NCBI GenBank assembly: GCA_046297855.1
Contig: JBKBHB010000017.1
Span: 5,334-69,333 of the forward strand
Reading direction: 5' to 3'
DNA: 64,000 nucleotides
From: Azonexus sp.
GTDB lineage: Bacteria > Pseudomonadota > Gammaproteobacteria > Burkholderiales > Rhodocyclaceae
The translations under genes were made by a program, and so were the position numbers. Under the pieces are notes generated by a model. The model searched no databases. It saw nothing but the letters and a program-made list of their open reading frames with translations, and had not been told where the DNA came from. Positions 1-10,273 of this stretch are shown one piece after another; the first letter of the stretch is position 1; every line of letters begins with the position of its first letter.

Positions 1-1619
1 GCCTTGCCTGGAGCGCGCCGGAAAACATCAAGCGGCATACGCAGATGATCAGCAAGACCTTGCAGTTCATGGTCGAGGTCGCTGACAGCACGGAATTGAC
101 GCTCGATCCGGCGATGGATACCTACTACTTCATGGACAGCATTGTGTCCAAGATGCCCGCGATGCTGGAACAACTGGGCATCACGCGGGCGCGCGGCACT
201 GGCGTGCTGAGCAAGAAGGAACTGACGCCGCAGATGCGCATCGACCTGACTTCGCAACTGGCGCTGATGGGGGGGCTGCTGAATGCGCAGAACATCAACC
301 TGGAAAAGGTGATGCGCTACGCGCCGGAACTGCGGGGTAGCTTGTCCGGCCCGGTCAAGGCCTTTGCCGACGATTCCGAAAAGCTGTTCGCCCTGGTTCG
401 CGACGATATTCTGGGTGAGAAATTCTCCCTGGAACCGGCGGCGTATTTCGACCAGGTGACGCGCCTGATCGATGCCGGATTCCAGGTCATGTACGACACC
501 CTGATTCCGCAATTCGAGCAGCAGTTGCAAAAGCGCATGAACGAGGCCCGGAATCTGCTGTACTTTCAGGTGGGGCTTTCCGTTGCAATCTCCCTGCTCG
601 TCGGTTATCTGGGCATGGGTACCTATTACTCGGTCATCAACAGCGTCATGAACTTCTCGCAGGGCGCTCGCCGGCTGGCCGATGGCGACCTGACAGTCCA
701 ATTCGAGAGCCACGGCGCCGACGAGCTGCACGCTGCCGGCAAGGACTTCAATGCCATGGCCGCCGCTTTCCGAAGCCTGCTCGGCGGGGTACAGGGCGAC
801 GTCCAGCGGATCAATGTGGCTGCCGAGCAGGTTGCTTCGTCGAGCCAGCAGATTTCCGCCAGCAGCTCGGCACAGAGCGATTCGGCGTCGAGCATGGCGG
901 CAGCCGTCGAGGAAACGACCGTCGGCATTGACCATATCGCCAAGAATGCGCAGGATGCGCAGGATTACTCGCGCCGCTCCGACGAGGTGGCCGCCGAAGG
1001 GGGGCGCATCGTGCAGGGGGTGGTCGACGAAATTCAGACCATCGCTCAGACGGTCAATCAGTCGGCTGCCGCCGTCGAGGCGCTGGGGCAGCAGTCCAGC
1101 CAGATTTCCGCGATTGTCGACACGATCAAGGAGATTGCCGATCAGACCAACCTGCTGGCGCTCAACGCCGCCATCGAGGCAGCCCGGGCGGGAGAGTCCG
1201 GGCGCGGCTTCGCGGTGGTAGCTGACGAGGTGCGCAAGCTGGCCGAGCGGACTGCCAAGTCCACCCAGGAAATTTCCGGCATGATCGGCGCCATCCAGTC
1301 CGGTACCGCAACGGCGGTGTCGAGCATGAAGGAAGGGGTGGCGCGGGTGGCTGCCGGCGTCGAGCAGGCCCAGCTGGCCGGCGAGGCGATCAGCCAGGTG
1401 CAGGTTCAGGCGCGTCAGGTGCTGGAGGCGGTCTCCGAAATTTCCGTCGCGCTGCGCGAGCAGGCTGCGGCGAGTACGGAAATCGCCCAGAGCGTGGAGC
1501 GGATTGCCCAGATGGCCGAGGAAAACAACATTGCAGTGGCCGGCAACGCCGAGACGGCCGACACGCTGCGCAACCTGGCGCACACGCTGACCAGCGCCAT
1601 TTCGCGCTTCAGGACCTGA
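1..1619 (+). CDS. Methyl-accepting chemotaxis protein (5' end lies outside the window)
   Basis: Frame is open from base 3 to the ATG at 45. TM helix, HAMP and the MCP hairpin motif [40 protein letters not shown] are present. Confidence 0.95.
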   Translation, partial: LAWSAPENIKRHTQMISKTLQFMVEVADSTELTLDPAMDTYYFMDSIVSKMPAMLEQLGITRARGTGVLSKKELTPQMRIDLTSQLALMGGLLNAQNINLEKVMRYAPELRGSLSGPVKAFADDSEKLFALVRDDILGEKFSLEPAAYFDQVTRLIDAGFQVMYDTLIPQFEQQLQKRMNEARNLLYFQVGLSVAISLLVGYLGMGTYYSVINSVMNFSQGARRLADGDLTVQFESHGADELHAAGKDFNAMAAAFRSLLGGVQGDVQRINVAAEQVASSSQQISASSSAQSDSASSMAAAVEETTVGIDHIAKNAQDAQDYSRRSDEVAAEGGRIVQGVVDEIQTIAQTVNQSAAAVEALGQQSSQISAIVDTIKEIADQTNLLALNAAIEAARAGESGRGFAVVADEVRKLAERTAKSTQEISGMIGAIQSGTATAVSSMKEGVARVAAGVEQAQLAGEAISQVQVQARQVLEAVSEISVALREQAAASTEIAQSVERIAQMAEENNIAVAGNAETADTLRNLAHTLTSAISRFRT

Positions 1620-2145
1620 GTTTTTGCCGCCGCCGCCAGGCGGCGATGAGTCCGATTCGCCACGCGGCGCGCGTGGCGAAATAGCCGGCCAGCGCCAATC
1701 CGCTGGCCAGTAGCACGAGCCCGATGCCGAGCGGCTCGGCAACGCGCAACATCCACCCTCGCATCGCTTCCGTCCAGGCGACGAAATTCGTTGCGTCAAA
1801 GCCCGGCGGGGCCAGAAAGCCGTTGCTTTCACCGAGCGTTACCCGGCCGATCTGGTAGGCCAGCAAATAGAGCGGCACGATGGTGAAGGGGTTGGTGTAG
1901 AGCGTGACGAACAGGGCCAGGGGCAGGTTGACCCGGAAAACCACGGCACAGACTGCGGCGCCCAGCATCTGCAACGGTCCGGGGATCAGGCCGCAGAAGA
2001 GGCCGGCCGCCACCGCGCCCGCCGCCGAATGGCGATTCAGGTGCCACAGGCGGGGATGCAGCAGGGTTGATTCGAAAGGTCGCAACCACGGGTTGTTGCG
2101 GACCGTTTCGTGATTGGGCAGGACTTTTCTGAGGTACCGGCGCAT
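1609..2145 (-). CDS. DUF2062 family membrane protein
   Basis: [20 protein letters not shown] and W.TNPFT-like motifs. Divergent from comEC. Confidence 0.85.
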   Translation of the reverse strand: MRRYLRKVLPNHETVRNNPWLRPFESTLLHPRLWHLNRHSAAGAVAAGLFCGLIPGPLQMLGAAVCAVVFRVNLPLALFVTLYTNPFTIVPLYLLAYQIGRVTLGESNGFLAPPGFDATNFVAWTEAMRGWMLRVAEPLGIGLVLLASGLALAGYFATRAAWRIGLIAAWRRRQKLRS

Positions 2146-2162
2146 CCCGCTATTATTGCAGC

Positions 2163-4478
2163 ATGCGCCTGAATATTCTCGCCTTCGCCGTCGGCATCCT
2201 GTGCCTGCAGATGCAGCCGGAACTGCCCGCCGGGTACGGTTGGCTGGCGGCCGGCGGGCTGCTGGTCTTGCCGCGGGTTGACCGGCGCACGGCGTTGACG
2301 CGTGCCTTGGCGGTGCTGGGTTGCCTGGCGCTCGGCTTTACCTGGGCGGCGTGGCGGGCCGATGGCCGGCTGGCCGATGAACTGATCACCGACTGGGAAG
2401 GGCGCGATCTCACCCTGGTGGGCGTCGTCGCCGGGTTGCCGCAGGAATTTGCCGGCGGTATCCGTTTCGAATTCGCGGTCGAACGGGTCGAAGACGGGGC
2501 GGTCGTACCGGAACGGATCCTGTTGTCCTGGTACGCCGGGCGGCGCGACAGTGCGCGTCCGGCGCCGCCGGCTGTGCGTCCCGGCGAACGCTGGCGCCTG
2601 ACGGTGCGCCTGAAAAAGCCGCACGGCAATGCCAATCCGGGCGTTTTCGACTACGAGGCCTGGTTGCTCGAACGGAACATCCGTGCCACCGGCTACGTCC
2701 GGCCCGATCCGCCGGAACGCCTGAGCGAGATGGTTTGGCGAACGGACTACGGCATCGAGCGCTGGCGCTTGGCGATCCGCGACAATTTCACCGCACGCCT
2801 GCCCGAGGCGACGTATCCCTACGCCGGCGTCCTGGTTGCGCTGGCCATCGGCGACCAGAAGGCGGTCCAAGGCGATTTGTGGACGACCTTCAATCGCACG
2901 GGAACCACCCATTTGATGTCGATCAGCGGCCTCCATGTGACGATGGTCGCCGCCCTGTTCGCCTGGCTGGTCAGTGCGGGCTGGCGGCGGGTGCCGGCGC
3001 TTGCCCTGCGCTGGCCGGCACAGAAGGCAGCCGTGCTGGCCGGTTGTGGCGCTGCGCTGGTCTATGCCTTGCTGGCGGGGTTCGCGGTGCCTGCCCAGCG
3101 TACGCTGTACATGCTGCTGGTCGCCGGTGCGGCGCTTCTTTCCGGGCGCCTCGTGGCACCCAGCCGAATTCTTGCACTTGCCCTGCTGGCGGTGCTCCTG
3201 CTCGATCCGTGGGCGGTGCTGGCAGCGGGTTTCTGGCTTTCCTTCGGCGCCGTCGGAGCCTTGCTCTACGTCAGCGCCTCCCGGCTCGGCGAGGCCGCCG
3301 GCTGGCGGGAAAAACTGCGCGGTTGGGGGATCGTGCAATGGGCGGCGACGCTGGCCTCCTTGCCGGTACTGCTGGTCGTCTTTCAGCAGTTTTCGCTGGT
3401 TTCGCCCCTGGCCAACGCCATCGCCATTCCACTGATCAGCTTCATCGTCACGCCGCTGGCCTTGCTCGGGGCCTTCTTGCCGTGGTGGCCGATCCTGGCG
3501 CTGGCCCACGGGGTGCTGAACGGCCTGATGATGTTTTTGGTCTGGTGTGCGGCTTGGCCGGTATGGACGGCGCCGGCGCCACCGCTCTGGGCAGCCCTGG
3601 CGGCGGGGGTCGGGGTGGCCGTCTGCCTCTTGCCGCGCGGGGTGCCGGGTCGCTGGCTGGGTGCCCTGCTGATCGTGCCGGCGGCTTTCTGGCCGGTGGA
3701 CAAGCCGCCCGCCGGCACGGCCTGGGTGACGGTGCTCGATGTCGGACAGGGGCTGGCGAGCGTGGTGCGCACCCGGGAGCACACGCTGATCTACGACCCG
3801 GGGCCGCTGTACAGCGCCGAGTCCGATGCCGGTCAGCGGGTCGTCCTGCCCTACCTGCGGGCGCTCGGCTTGTCGGACATCGACCTGCTGATGGTCACTC
3901 ATCGCGATACCGATCATTCCGGCGGGATGGCTGCCGTGCTGGCCGCCCTACGTGTGGACAAGGTGGTGTCGTCGCTGAACGATGCGGTCGGGGAGCGCTG
4001 TGCCGCCGGCCAGCGCTGGACCTGGGATGGGGTCGATTTCGAGGTGTTGCACCCGGCGGCTGAGGCGTATGCCGGGGAGTCGAAACCGAATCACCTGGCC
4101 TGCGTGCTGCGCGTGACAGCCGGCGGCCGGCGCCTGCTCCTTACTTCCGACATCGAAGCAGCGGATGAGGCGGCCCTCTTGGCGCGCTATCCGGACGATC
4201 TGTCCGCCGAGGTCATGCTGGTGCCACACCACGGTTCGAAAACATCATCGACGCCGGCTTTCCTGCAGGCGGTGGGCGCGCGGGAGGTGATCATTCCGGT
4301 CGGATACCGTAACCGCTTCGGCCATCCGAAGCCGGTCGTCGTCGCCCGCTACGAGGCCCTCGGCCAGCGCATCTGGCGGACCGACCGCGACGGGGCCGTC
4401 CTCGTCACGCTCGCCCCGGCAGCAACCGTCGTCAGGGGCTGGCGGCAGGAACATCGTCGCTACTGGCATGACCGGTGA
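2163..4478 (+). CDS. comEC: ComEC/Rec2 DNA internalization competence protein
   Basis: Competence domain HLMSISGLHV, many TM helices, C-terminal metallo-beta-lactamase fold (LDVGQG, THRDTDHSGG, VPHHGS, GYRNRFGHP). Confidence 0.97.
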   Translation: MRLNILAFAVGILCLQMQPELPAGYGWLAAGGLLVLPRVDRRTALTRALAVLGCLALGFTWAAWRADGRLADELITDWEGRDLTLVGVVAGLPQEFAGGIRFEFAVERVEDGAVVPERILLSWYAGRRDSARPAPPAVRPGERWRLTVRLKKPHGNANPGVFDYEAWLLERNIRATGYVRPDPPERLSEMVWRTDYGIERWRLAIRDNFTARLPEATYPYAGVLVALAIGDQKAVQGDLWTTFNRTGTTHLMSISGLHVTMVAALFAWLVSAGWRRVPALALRWPAQKAAVLAGCGAALVYALLAGFAVPAQRTLYMLLVAGAALLSGRLVAPSRILALALLAVLLLDPWAVLAAGFWLSFGAVGALLYVSASRLGEAAGWREKLRGWGIVQWAATLASLPVLLVVFQQFSLVSPLANAIAIPLISFIVTPLALLGAFLPWWPILALAHGVLNGLMMFLVWCAAWPVWTAPAPPLWAALAAGVGVAVCLLPRGVPGRWLGALLIVPAAFWPVDKPPAGTAWVTVLDVGQGLASVVRTREHTLIYDPGPLYSAESDAGQRVVLPYLRALGLSDIDLLMVTHRDTDHSGGMAAVLAALRVDKVVSSLNDAVGERCAAGQRWTWDGVDFEVLHPAAEAYAGESKPNHLACVLRVTAGGRRLLLTSDIEAADEAALLARYPDDLSAEVMLVPHHGSKTSSTPAFLQAVGAREVIIPVGYRNRFGHPKPVVVARYEALGQRIWRTDRDGAVLVTLAPAATVVRGWRQEHRRYWHDR

Positions 4479-4502
4479 TACATTCGGGAAGAAGGAGAGA
4501 AC

Positions 4503-5357
4503 ATGCAATTTCGACAAGCCGCCGTGCAATGCATCGGGCCATCCGGCCTGCATCGCATGGCCTATACCGAGTGGGGGGAGCCCGACAATCCGCGCGTGCT
4601 GCTCTGCGTTCATGGCCTGACCCGCAACGGCCGCGATTTCGACGCGCTGGCCGCGGCGCTCGCCAGCCACTACCGGGTCGTCTGCCCGGATGTCGTCGGG
4701 CGCGGCCGGAGCGGCTGGTTGCGCGACCCGGCCGGCTACGGCATTCCCCAGTACGTGGCCGACATGGTGACGCTGATTGCGCGGCTGAATGTCGAGGCTG
4801 TGCATTGGGTCGGTACTTCGATGGGCGGCCTGATCGGCATGGCCTTGGCCGCCCAGGAAGGCACGCCGATCCGCCGGCTGGTGCTGAACGATGTCGGGCC
4901 GCTGATCACCGTCGAGTCGCTGCGGCGCATTGCCACCTATGTCGGGACCAACCCGCAGTGGGCCAGCTTCGACGAGGCGCTGGCCTACGTCAAGCTGATC
5001 AGCGCGCCATTCGGCCCGCTGAGCGAGGCGCAATGGCGTCATCTGACTGAAACCAGCATTGTCCAGGGGAAGGACGGCAATTGGTCCTTCCGCTACGACC
5101 CGCGCATTGCCGAGCCGTTCAAGGCCGCGTTTGTCGACCAGGATATCGACCTGTGGCCGATGTACGGCGCCATCGCCTGTCCGACGCTGGTCATTCGCGG
5201 TGCCGAGTCCGACCTGCTGGCGCGCGATACCTGGCTGGCCATGGGCGAGCGCGGGCCGCGCGCGACACTGGCCGAATTCCCCGGGGTGGGCCATGCCCCG
5301 ATGTTCCAGTCGGACGACCAGATTGCGGTCGTCCGCGATTTCTTGCTGAGCGTATGA
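4503..5357 (+). CDS. Alpha/beta hydrolase
   Basis: HGLTRNGRDF oxyanion motif, GTSMGG nucleophile elbow, C-terminal GHAP histidine. Confidence 0.92.
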   Translation: MQFRQAAVQCIGPSGLHRMAYTEWGEPDNPRVLLCVHGLTRNGRDFDALAAALASHYRVVCPDVVGRGRSGWLRDPAGYGIPQYVADMVTLIARLNVEAVHWVGTSMGGLIGMALAAQEGTPIRRLVLNDVGPLITVESLRRIATYVGTNPQWASFDEALAYVKLISAPFGPLSEAQWRHLTETSIVQGKDGNWSFRYDPRIAEPFKAAFVDQDIDLWPMYGAIACPTLVIRGAESDLLARDTWLAMGERGPRATLAEFPGVGHAPMFQSDDQIAVVRDFLLSV

Positions 5358-6127
5358 AACACATCACCGTCAAGGGACTGAAACTCGAATACCGCGATCA
5401 TCCGGCCAGTACCGCGGATGCGCCGACCCTGCTGTTGCTCCACGAAGGATTGGGCAGCGTGGCCATGTGGCGGCATTTCCCGGAGAAACTGGCGGGGCGC
5501 ACCGGTGGCCGGGTCATCGTCTGGTCGCGTGCCGGATATGGTGGCTCCGACCCTTATCCCGAGCCGCGCAAGCCGCGCTACATGCACCGGGAAGGCGAGG
5601 AGATGCTGCCGGCGCTGGTCGCCGCGCTGGGTATCGAAAAACCGATCCTGGTCGGGCACAGCGACGGTGGCAGCATTGCGCTGATCTGTGCCGGGGCGCA
5701 CCCGGATCTGCCGCGGGCGGTCGCCGTCATGGCACCGCACGAATTTGTCGAGGAAGAAACCCTGGCCGGCATTCGTGCCGCCCGCAAACTGTGGCAGGAA
5801 ACCGACTGGCCGAAGAAACTGGCGCGTTACCACCATGATGCGCCGCGCGTCTTCAGCGACTGGAACGACTGCTGGCTGTCACCCGCTTTCCGCGACTGGA
5901 ACATCGAGGATTACCTGCCGAAGATCACCTGCCCGGTGCTCGCCATACAGGGCGAGGACGACGAATATGCGACGATGCGCCAGATCGACGTGATCGCCGA
6001 GAAGGTGCCGGGCACGCAGGTGCTGAAGCTGGCGCAATGCGGCCATTCGCCGCACCGCGATCAGGAGGCGGCGGTGCTCGACGCGCTGGCCGCCTTCGTC
6101 AGCCGGGCCAGCGGATCCTGCCGGTAG
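5354..6127 (+). CDS. Alpha/beta hydrolase
   Basis: Likely start is ATG 5354 overlapping the upstream stop (ATGA). Motifs LHEGLG, GHSDGG, GHSPH. Confidence 0.9.
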   Translation: MKHITVKGLKLEYRDHPASTADAPTLLLLHEGLGSVAMWRHFPEKLAGRTGGRVIVWSRAGYGGSDPYPEPRKPRYMHREGEEMLPALVAALGIEKPILVGHSDGGSIALICAGAHPDLPRAVAVMAPHEFVEEETLAGIRAARKLWQETDWPKKLARYHHDAPRVFSDWNDCWLSPAFRDWNIEDYLPKITCPVLAIQGEDDEYATMRQIDVIAEKVPGTQVLKLAQCGHSPHRDQEAAVLDALAAFVSRASGSCR

Positions 6128-6846
6128 TAGCGCCTGAGCAGGTTGTAGAGATCAGGATATTCCCCGGCGACAACATCGGGAATCTCGAAAAAGCTCTCCG
6201 ACAGCACGGCGAAGAATTCAGCCGGCGCCTCGCTGGCGTAGGGGTCGATCAGCGTTTCCTCCCCGCTGTCGATGCGGGCGCAGAAATCGTCGTAGGCCGC
6301 GTAGAAAATCGTTTCCCACTCGCTTGCGTCGAGATCGCCGTGCAGGGCCGGCATGCCGTCGGCGTCGCCGTTCAACATGTCGAGCTTGTGGGCGAATTCG
6401 TGGATCACCACGTTATAGCCGTCGCCGGCCATCTTCACGTCGTGCCAGGAGACGATCAGCGGGCCGCCTTCCCAGGCTTCGCCGGACAGCACGTCGTCGT
6501 ATTCATGGACAATCCCCGCTTCGTCCTCGAAGCGGCGGCGGACGACGAATTCGTCCGGATAGACGATGATCCCCACCCAGTCGCGGTACGCCTTGAGACC
6601 AAGCTTGAGAATGGGCAGACAGCCCTGGGCCGCGATGACGACGCAGATTTCATCGTTCAGCGCCAGGCCGCCGGCGGCGCTGAATTCCTTTTCGGCCAGG
6701 AAGTCCTCGGCCAGGGCGCGCAGTTGCCGCTGTTCGTCCGGGGCCAGGATGTCGAGGAAGGGCAGGGTGCTGACGGTTGCTGCCCACAGCGCATCGGGGA
6801 TGGGCTGCCGCTTGCGGCCGCAGAGTTTGTCGAGCAAGCCGATCAT
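6061..6846 (-). CDS. M90 family zinc metallopeptidase (MtfA-like)
   Basis: Likely start ATG 6846 (MIGLLDKL). Motifs IIVYP, LSGEAW.GGP, HEFAHKLDM (HExxH) and PAEFFAV.SE.FF. Confidence 0.88.
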   Translation of the reverse strand: MIGLLDKLCGRKRQPIPDALWAATVSTLPFLDILAPDEQRQLRALAEDFLAEKEFSAAGGLALNDEICVVIAAQGCLPILKLGLKAYRDWVGIIVYPDEFVVRRRFEDEAGIVHEYDDVLSGEAWEGGPLIVSWHDVKMAGDGYNVVIHEFAHKLDMLNGDADGMPALHGDLDASEWETIFYAAYDDFCARIDSGEETLIDPYASEAPAEFFAVLSESFFEIPDVVAGEYPDLYNLLRRYYRQDPLARLTKAASASSTAAS

Positions 6847-7727
6847 CGCTTCATGGTCAGCCAGATGCCGCTGAAGATCAGGCCGATACCGAGATAGTGA
6901 TACCAGAGCGGGATTTCGCCGAGAAAGAGGAAGGAGAGCAGCGTTCCAAAAACCGGCATGAGATGGATGAACAGGCTGGCCTTGTTCGGCCCGACTTCGG
7001 CGACCCCTTTGTTGTAGAAGATGTAGCCGACGAAGCTCGGGAAGATGCCCACGTAAGCCAGCGCCGCCAGCGAGCCGACATGCACGTTCATGTGGCGGCC
7101 CTGCGCCAGTTCCCAGGCATAGGCCGGGGCGAGCGACAGCAGGCCGACCGCGATGGTGGCGCCGAGCATCAGCATCGGGTGCACGCCGGCTGGCCGCCAG
7201 GCCAGGACGACGGTGTAGATGGCCCAGTCGAGCACGGCGACCAGCATCCAGACGTCGCCGAGGTTGAGGTTCAGGTGGGTCAGTACGGCCAGGTCGCCGC
7301 GGGACACGATGGTCAGTGCGCCGCACAGCGAGACAACGACCCCGATAGCCTCCGGCCGGCGCAGGTGTTTGCCGAGAAAGGCCCAGGAAATGGCGATGGT
7401 GGCGACGGGGATGAAGGAATTGAGCAGCGTGGCGTTGGTCGCCGAGGTGTGCTGCAGGGCGAGGTAAGCGAAGGTGTTGTAGCCGCCGACACCGAGCAGG
7501 CCGAGGACGAGCAAGGGCTTCCAGCCTTGCCGGAGCAGCGGCCATTGTGTCCGGAGATGGGGCAGGGCGAGGGGCAGCACCAGGACGAAGGCGATCGCCC
7601 AGCGCCAGAAGGCCAGCGTCAAGGGGGGGATGTCGCCCCGGATGGCGCGGCCGACGACCATGTTGCCCGACCAGGAGAGCACAGTCAGGGTGAGCAGCAG
7701 ATAGGGATTGGCAAGGCGATTGAGCAT
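6843..7727 (-). CDS. EamA/DMT family transporter
   Basis: Ten TM segments in two repeats; WSGNMVVGR..GDIPPLTLAFWRW. Likely start ATG 7727. Confidence 0.9.
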   Translation of the reverse strand: MLNRLANPYLLLTLTVLSWSGNMVVGRAIRGDIPPLTLAFWRWAIAFVLVLPLALPHLRTQWPLLRQGWKPLLVLGLLGVGGYNTFAYLALQHTSATNATLLNSFIPVATIAISWAFLGKHLRRPEAIGVVVSLCGALTIVSRGDLAVLTHLNLNLGDVWMLVAVLDWAIYTVVLAWRPAGVHPMLMLGATIAVGLLSLAPAYAWELAQGRHMNVHVGSLAALAYVGIFPSFVGYIFYNKGVAEVGPNKASLFIHLMPVFGTLLSFLFLGEIPLWYHYLGIGLIFSGIWLTMKR

Positions 7728-7841
7728 GGTCGGCCGATTATGCCTGAAGCCGGTGATCGGCGGACTTGGGGAATTTCCCCATGGCCGGCCGCCTTCATGA
7801 CAAGTGTGGATTTTGTCCGCATGGCCGGCTGGCGTCCGATC

Positions 7842-7854
7842 TATAATGCGCGCC
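7842..7854 (+). promoter_or_regulatory. Sigma70 -10 box plus GC-rich discriminator of relA (TATAAT GCGCGCC)
   Basis: Perfect TATAAT at 7842-7847, 7 nt before ATG 7855; no SD sequence between. Confidence 0.65.
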
Positions 7855-10080
7855 ATGGTTTCCGTCGTCCATTCCGTCGCCGCGCTCAGCGACTTCGATC
7901 AGTTCCTCGCCACCCTCACCGAAGGCCTGACCCCGGCCGATGCTGACCGCCTCCGGGCGGCGGTGGAATATGCCTGGGAGACCTACGGCGACCGTAACCT
8001 GGGCAGCGGCGAGCGCATCTGGTCGCACGCCCTGGGCATGGCGATCATCGTTGCCGGGCTCAAGCTCGATGCCGAGTCACGCATTGCCGCGCTGCTCTTT
8101 GCCATCCCCTCCTACGACGAGCATCACGGGCTTGCCCGCATCGAGGAGCGCTTCGGCAAGCCGGCGGCGCACCTGGTGCAGGGCATTTCGCGCCTCAACC
8201 GGCTCCGGCCGATCACCAAGGGTTTCGTGGCGACCAATATCGAGGCGGGGGAGATCAATCCGGCCGAGATGAAGGCGCAGGTCGAAGTGCTGCGCAAGAT
8301 GCTCCTCGCCATGGTCGAGGATATCCGCGTCGTGCTGCTGCGTCTGGCCAGCCGGACGCAGACCCTGCGCTTCTACGCGGCGCATCCGGACGATCTGCGC
8401 GTCCAGGTGGCGCGCGAAACGCTCGAACTCTACTCGCCGCTCGCCAACCGCCTGGGCGTCTGGGAACTGAAGTGGGAACTGGAAGACCTCTCCTTCCGCT
8501 TCATCCACCCCGAGACATACAAGAAGATCGCCCGGATGCTCGACGAGAAGCGCAGCGAGCGCGAGCAATTCATCGTCGAGGCGGTGGCCAGAGTGCGGAC
8601 CGAACTGGAGGCAGCGGGTGTCAAGGATGCCGAAATCTACGGCCGGCCGAAACACATCTACAGCATCTGGAACAAGATGCGGAAGAAGGGTGTCGAGTTT
8701 TCCGAAGTCTATGACGTACGCGCCCTGCGCATCATTGTTGACGACCTGAAGGACTGCTACACCGCGCTCGGCATCGTGCATAACCTGTGGCTGCCGATTC
8801 CGAAGGAGTTCGATGACTACATCTCGAATCCCAAGGGCAACTACTACCGCTCGCTGCACACCGCGGTGCGCTGTCCGGACGGACGGAGCCTGGAAATCCA
8901 GATCCGCACCTGGGAAATGCACAAGCATGCCGAACTGGGCGTCGCCGCGCACTGGCGCTACAAGGAAGGCGCCAAGCGGGCAGGCGAGGACAGCTACGAC
9001 GAGAAGATCGCCTGGCTGCGCCAGCTGCTGACCTGGAAAGACGAAGTCTCCGACAGTTCGGACTGGGTCAAGCACTACAAGCAGGCGGCGCTGGACGAGA
9101 CGATCTACGTCATCACACCGCAGGGCAAGGTGGTCGACTTGCCGGCCGGTTCGACGCCGGTCGATTTCGCTTACCGGGTGCATACCGATCTCGGCCACCG
9201 CTGCCGGGGCGCCAAGGTCGGCGGCCAGCTGGTGCCGCTCAACACGGCGCTGGAGACCGGGCAGGAGGTCGAAATCATCACCGCCAAGGTCGGCGGGCCA
9301 TCGCGCGACTGGCTCAATCCGTCGCTCGGCTACATCCATACCAAGAGCGCCCGGACCAAGGTCCGGTCCTGGTTCTCCAATCTGGCGCTGGAAGAAACCC
9401 TGACCGAAGGGCGCGGCATCATCGCCAAGGAGCTGCAGCGGGCCGGGCAGACTGGGGCCAATATCGAGGAACTGGCGCACAAGCTGGGCTTTGCCAAGGC
9501 CGATGACCTGTACATCGCGGCGGCCCGTGGCGACCTCAACCAGCGGCAGTTCCAGGCTGTTGCCAAGGGCGGCGACCTGCTGGCCGAAACGCAGTTGCCG
9601 GACGAGGTGGTGGCCAAGCCGAGCAAGCCGGTCGAGGGGAATCAGGGCATCCTGATCGTCGGCGTCGACAAGCTGCTGACCCAGCTTGCCCGCTGCTGCA
9701 AACCGGCGCCGCCCGATGAAATCCAGGGTTTCATCACCCGCGGCAAGGGGATTTCGATCCACCGCATGGATTGCCCCAATTTCGCCAATCTGGCGGCGCT
9801 GCACCCGGAGCGCGTCATCGAGACCGACTGGGGGGGGCAGACGACCGGTGTCTTTGCCTGCGACATCATCGTCGATGCACACGACCGCCAGGGCCTGCTG
9901 CGCGATATTTCCGAAATCTTCACACGGGAGAAGCTCAATGTGGTCGGCGTCAACACCCAGTCCAAGCAGGGCAAGGCGCACATGAGCTTTACCGTCGAAA
10001 TCACCAACCTGCGCCAGCTGCAGCGCACGCTGACGCTGATTCACGATGTCGAAGGTGTGGTCGGCGTCCGCCGCGCCTGA
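7855..10080 (+). CDS. relA: (p)ppGpp synthetase RelA
   Basis: Degenerate HD hydrolase domain, synthetase motifs (GRPKHIYSI, YDVRA.R, DDY..PK.N.Y.SLHT, EIQIRT), TGS, ZFD (CCKP) and ACT domains. Confidence 0.96.
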   Translation: MVSVVHSVAALSDFDQFLATLTEGLTPADADRLRAAVEYAWETYGDRNLGSGERIWSHALGMAIIVAGLKLDAESRIAALLFAIPSYDEHHGLARIEERFGKPAAHLVQGISRLNRLRPITKGFVATNIEAGEINPAEMKAQVEVLRKMLLAMVEDIRVVLLRLASRTQTLRFYAAHPDDLRVQVARETLELYSPLANRLGVWELKWELEDLSFRFIHPETYKKIARMLDEKRSEREQFIVEAVARVRTELEAAGVKDAEIYGRPKHIYSIWNKMRKKGVEFSEVYDVRALRIIVDDLKDCYTALGIVHNLWLPIPKEFDDYISNPKGNYYRSLHTAVRCPDGRSLEIQIRTWEMHKHAELGVAAHWRYKEGAKRAGEDSYDEKIAWLRQLLTWKDEVSDSSDWVKHYKQAALDETIYVITPQGKVVDLPAGSTPVDFAYRVHTDLGHRCRGAKVGGQLVPLNTALETGQEVEIITAKVGGPSRDWLNPSLGYIHTKSARTKVRSWFSNLALEETLTEGRGIIAKELQRAGQTGANIEELAHKLGFAKADDLYIAAARGDLNQRQFQAVAKGGDLLAETQLPDEVVAKPSKPVEGNQGILIVGVDKLLTQLARCCKPAPPDEIQGFITRGKGISIHRMDCPNFANLAALHPERVIETDWGGQTTGVFACDIIVDAHDRQGLLRDISEIFTREKLNVVGVNTQSKQGKAHMSFTVEITNLRQLQRTLTLIHDVEGVVGVRRA

Positions 10081-10096
10081 TGACCGGAGCAATCGC

Positions 10097-10273
10097 ATGA
10101 AAGGCCATTTTGCCGCCATCGCCCTGATCGTTGTCGGTGCCGTCGCGCTGGCGGTCAACTTCGACCTGTTCGAACTCGATCTGGTCGCCGTGATCCGGAA
10201 ATGGTGGCCGCTGGCGCTGATCGCGCTGGGCGTCGGGCTCTTCCTTACGCCGGACGATCGGCCACGTAGCTGA
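10097..10273 (+). CDS. Small membrane protein (LiaF-TM/DUF5668-like)
   Basis: GGAG RBS at 10086-10089; two hydrophobic helices with a WWP..LI..G motif. Confidence 0.7.
   Translation: MKGHFAAIALIVVGAVALAVNFDLFELDLVAVIRKWWPLALIALGVGLFLTPDDRPRS

Noticed and set aside
7855-8400. Degenerate HD hydrolase motif in the RSH enzyme
   Set aside because: Normal for beta/gammaproteobacterial RelA.
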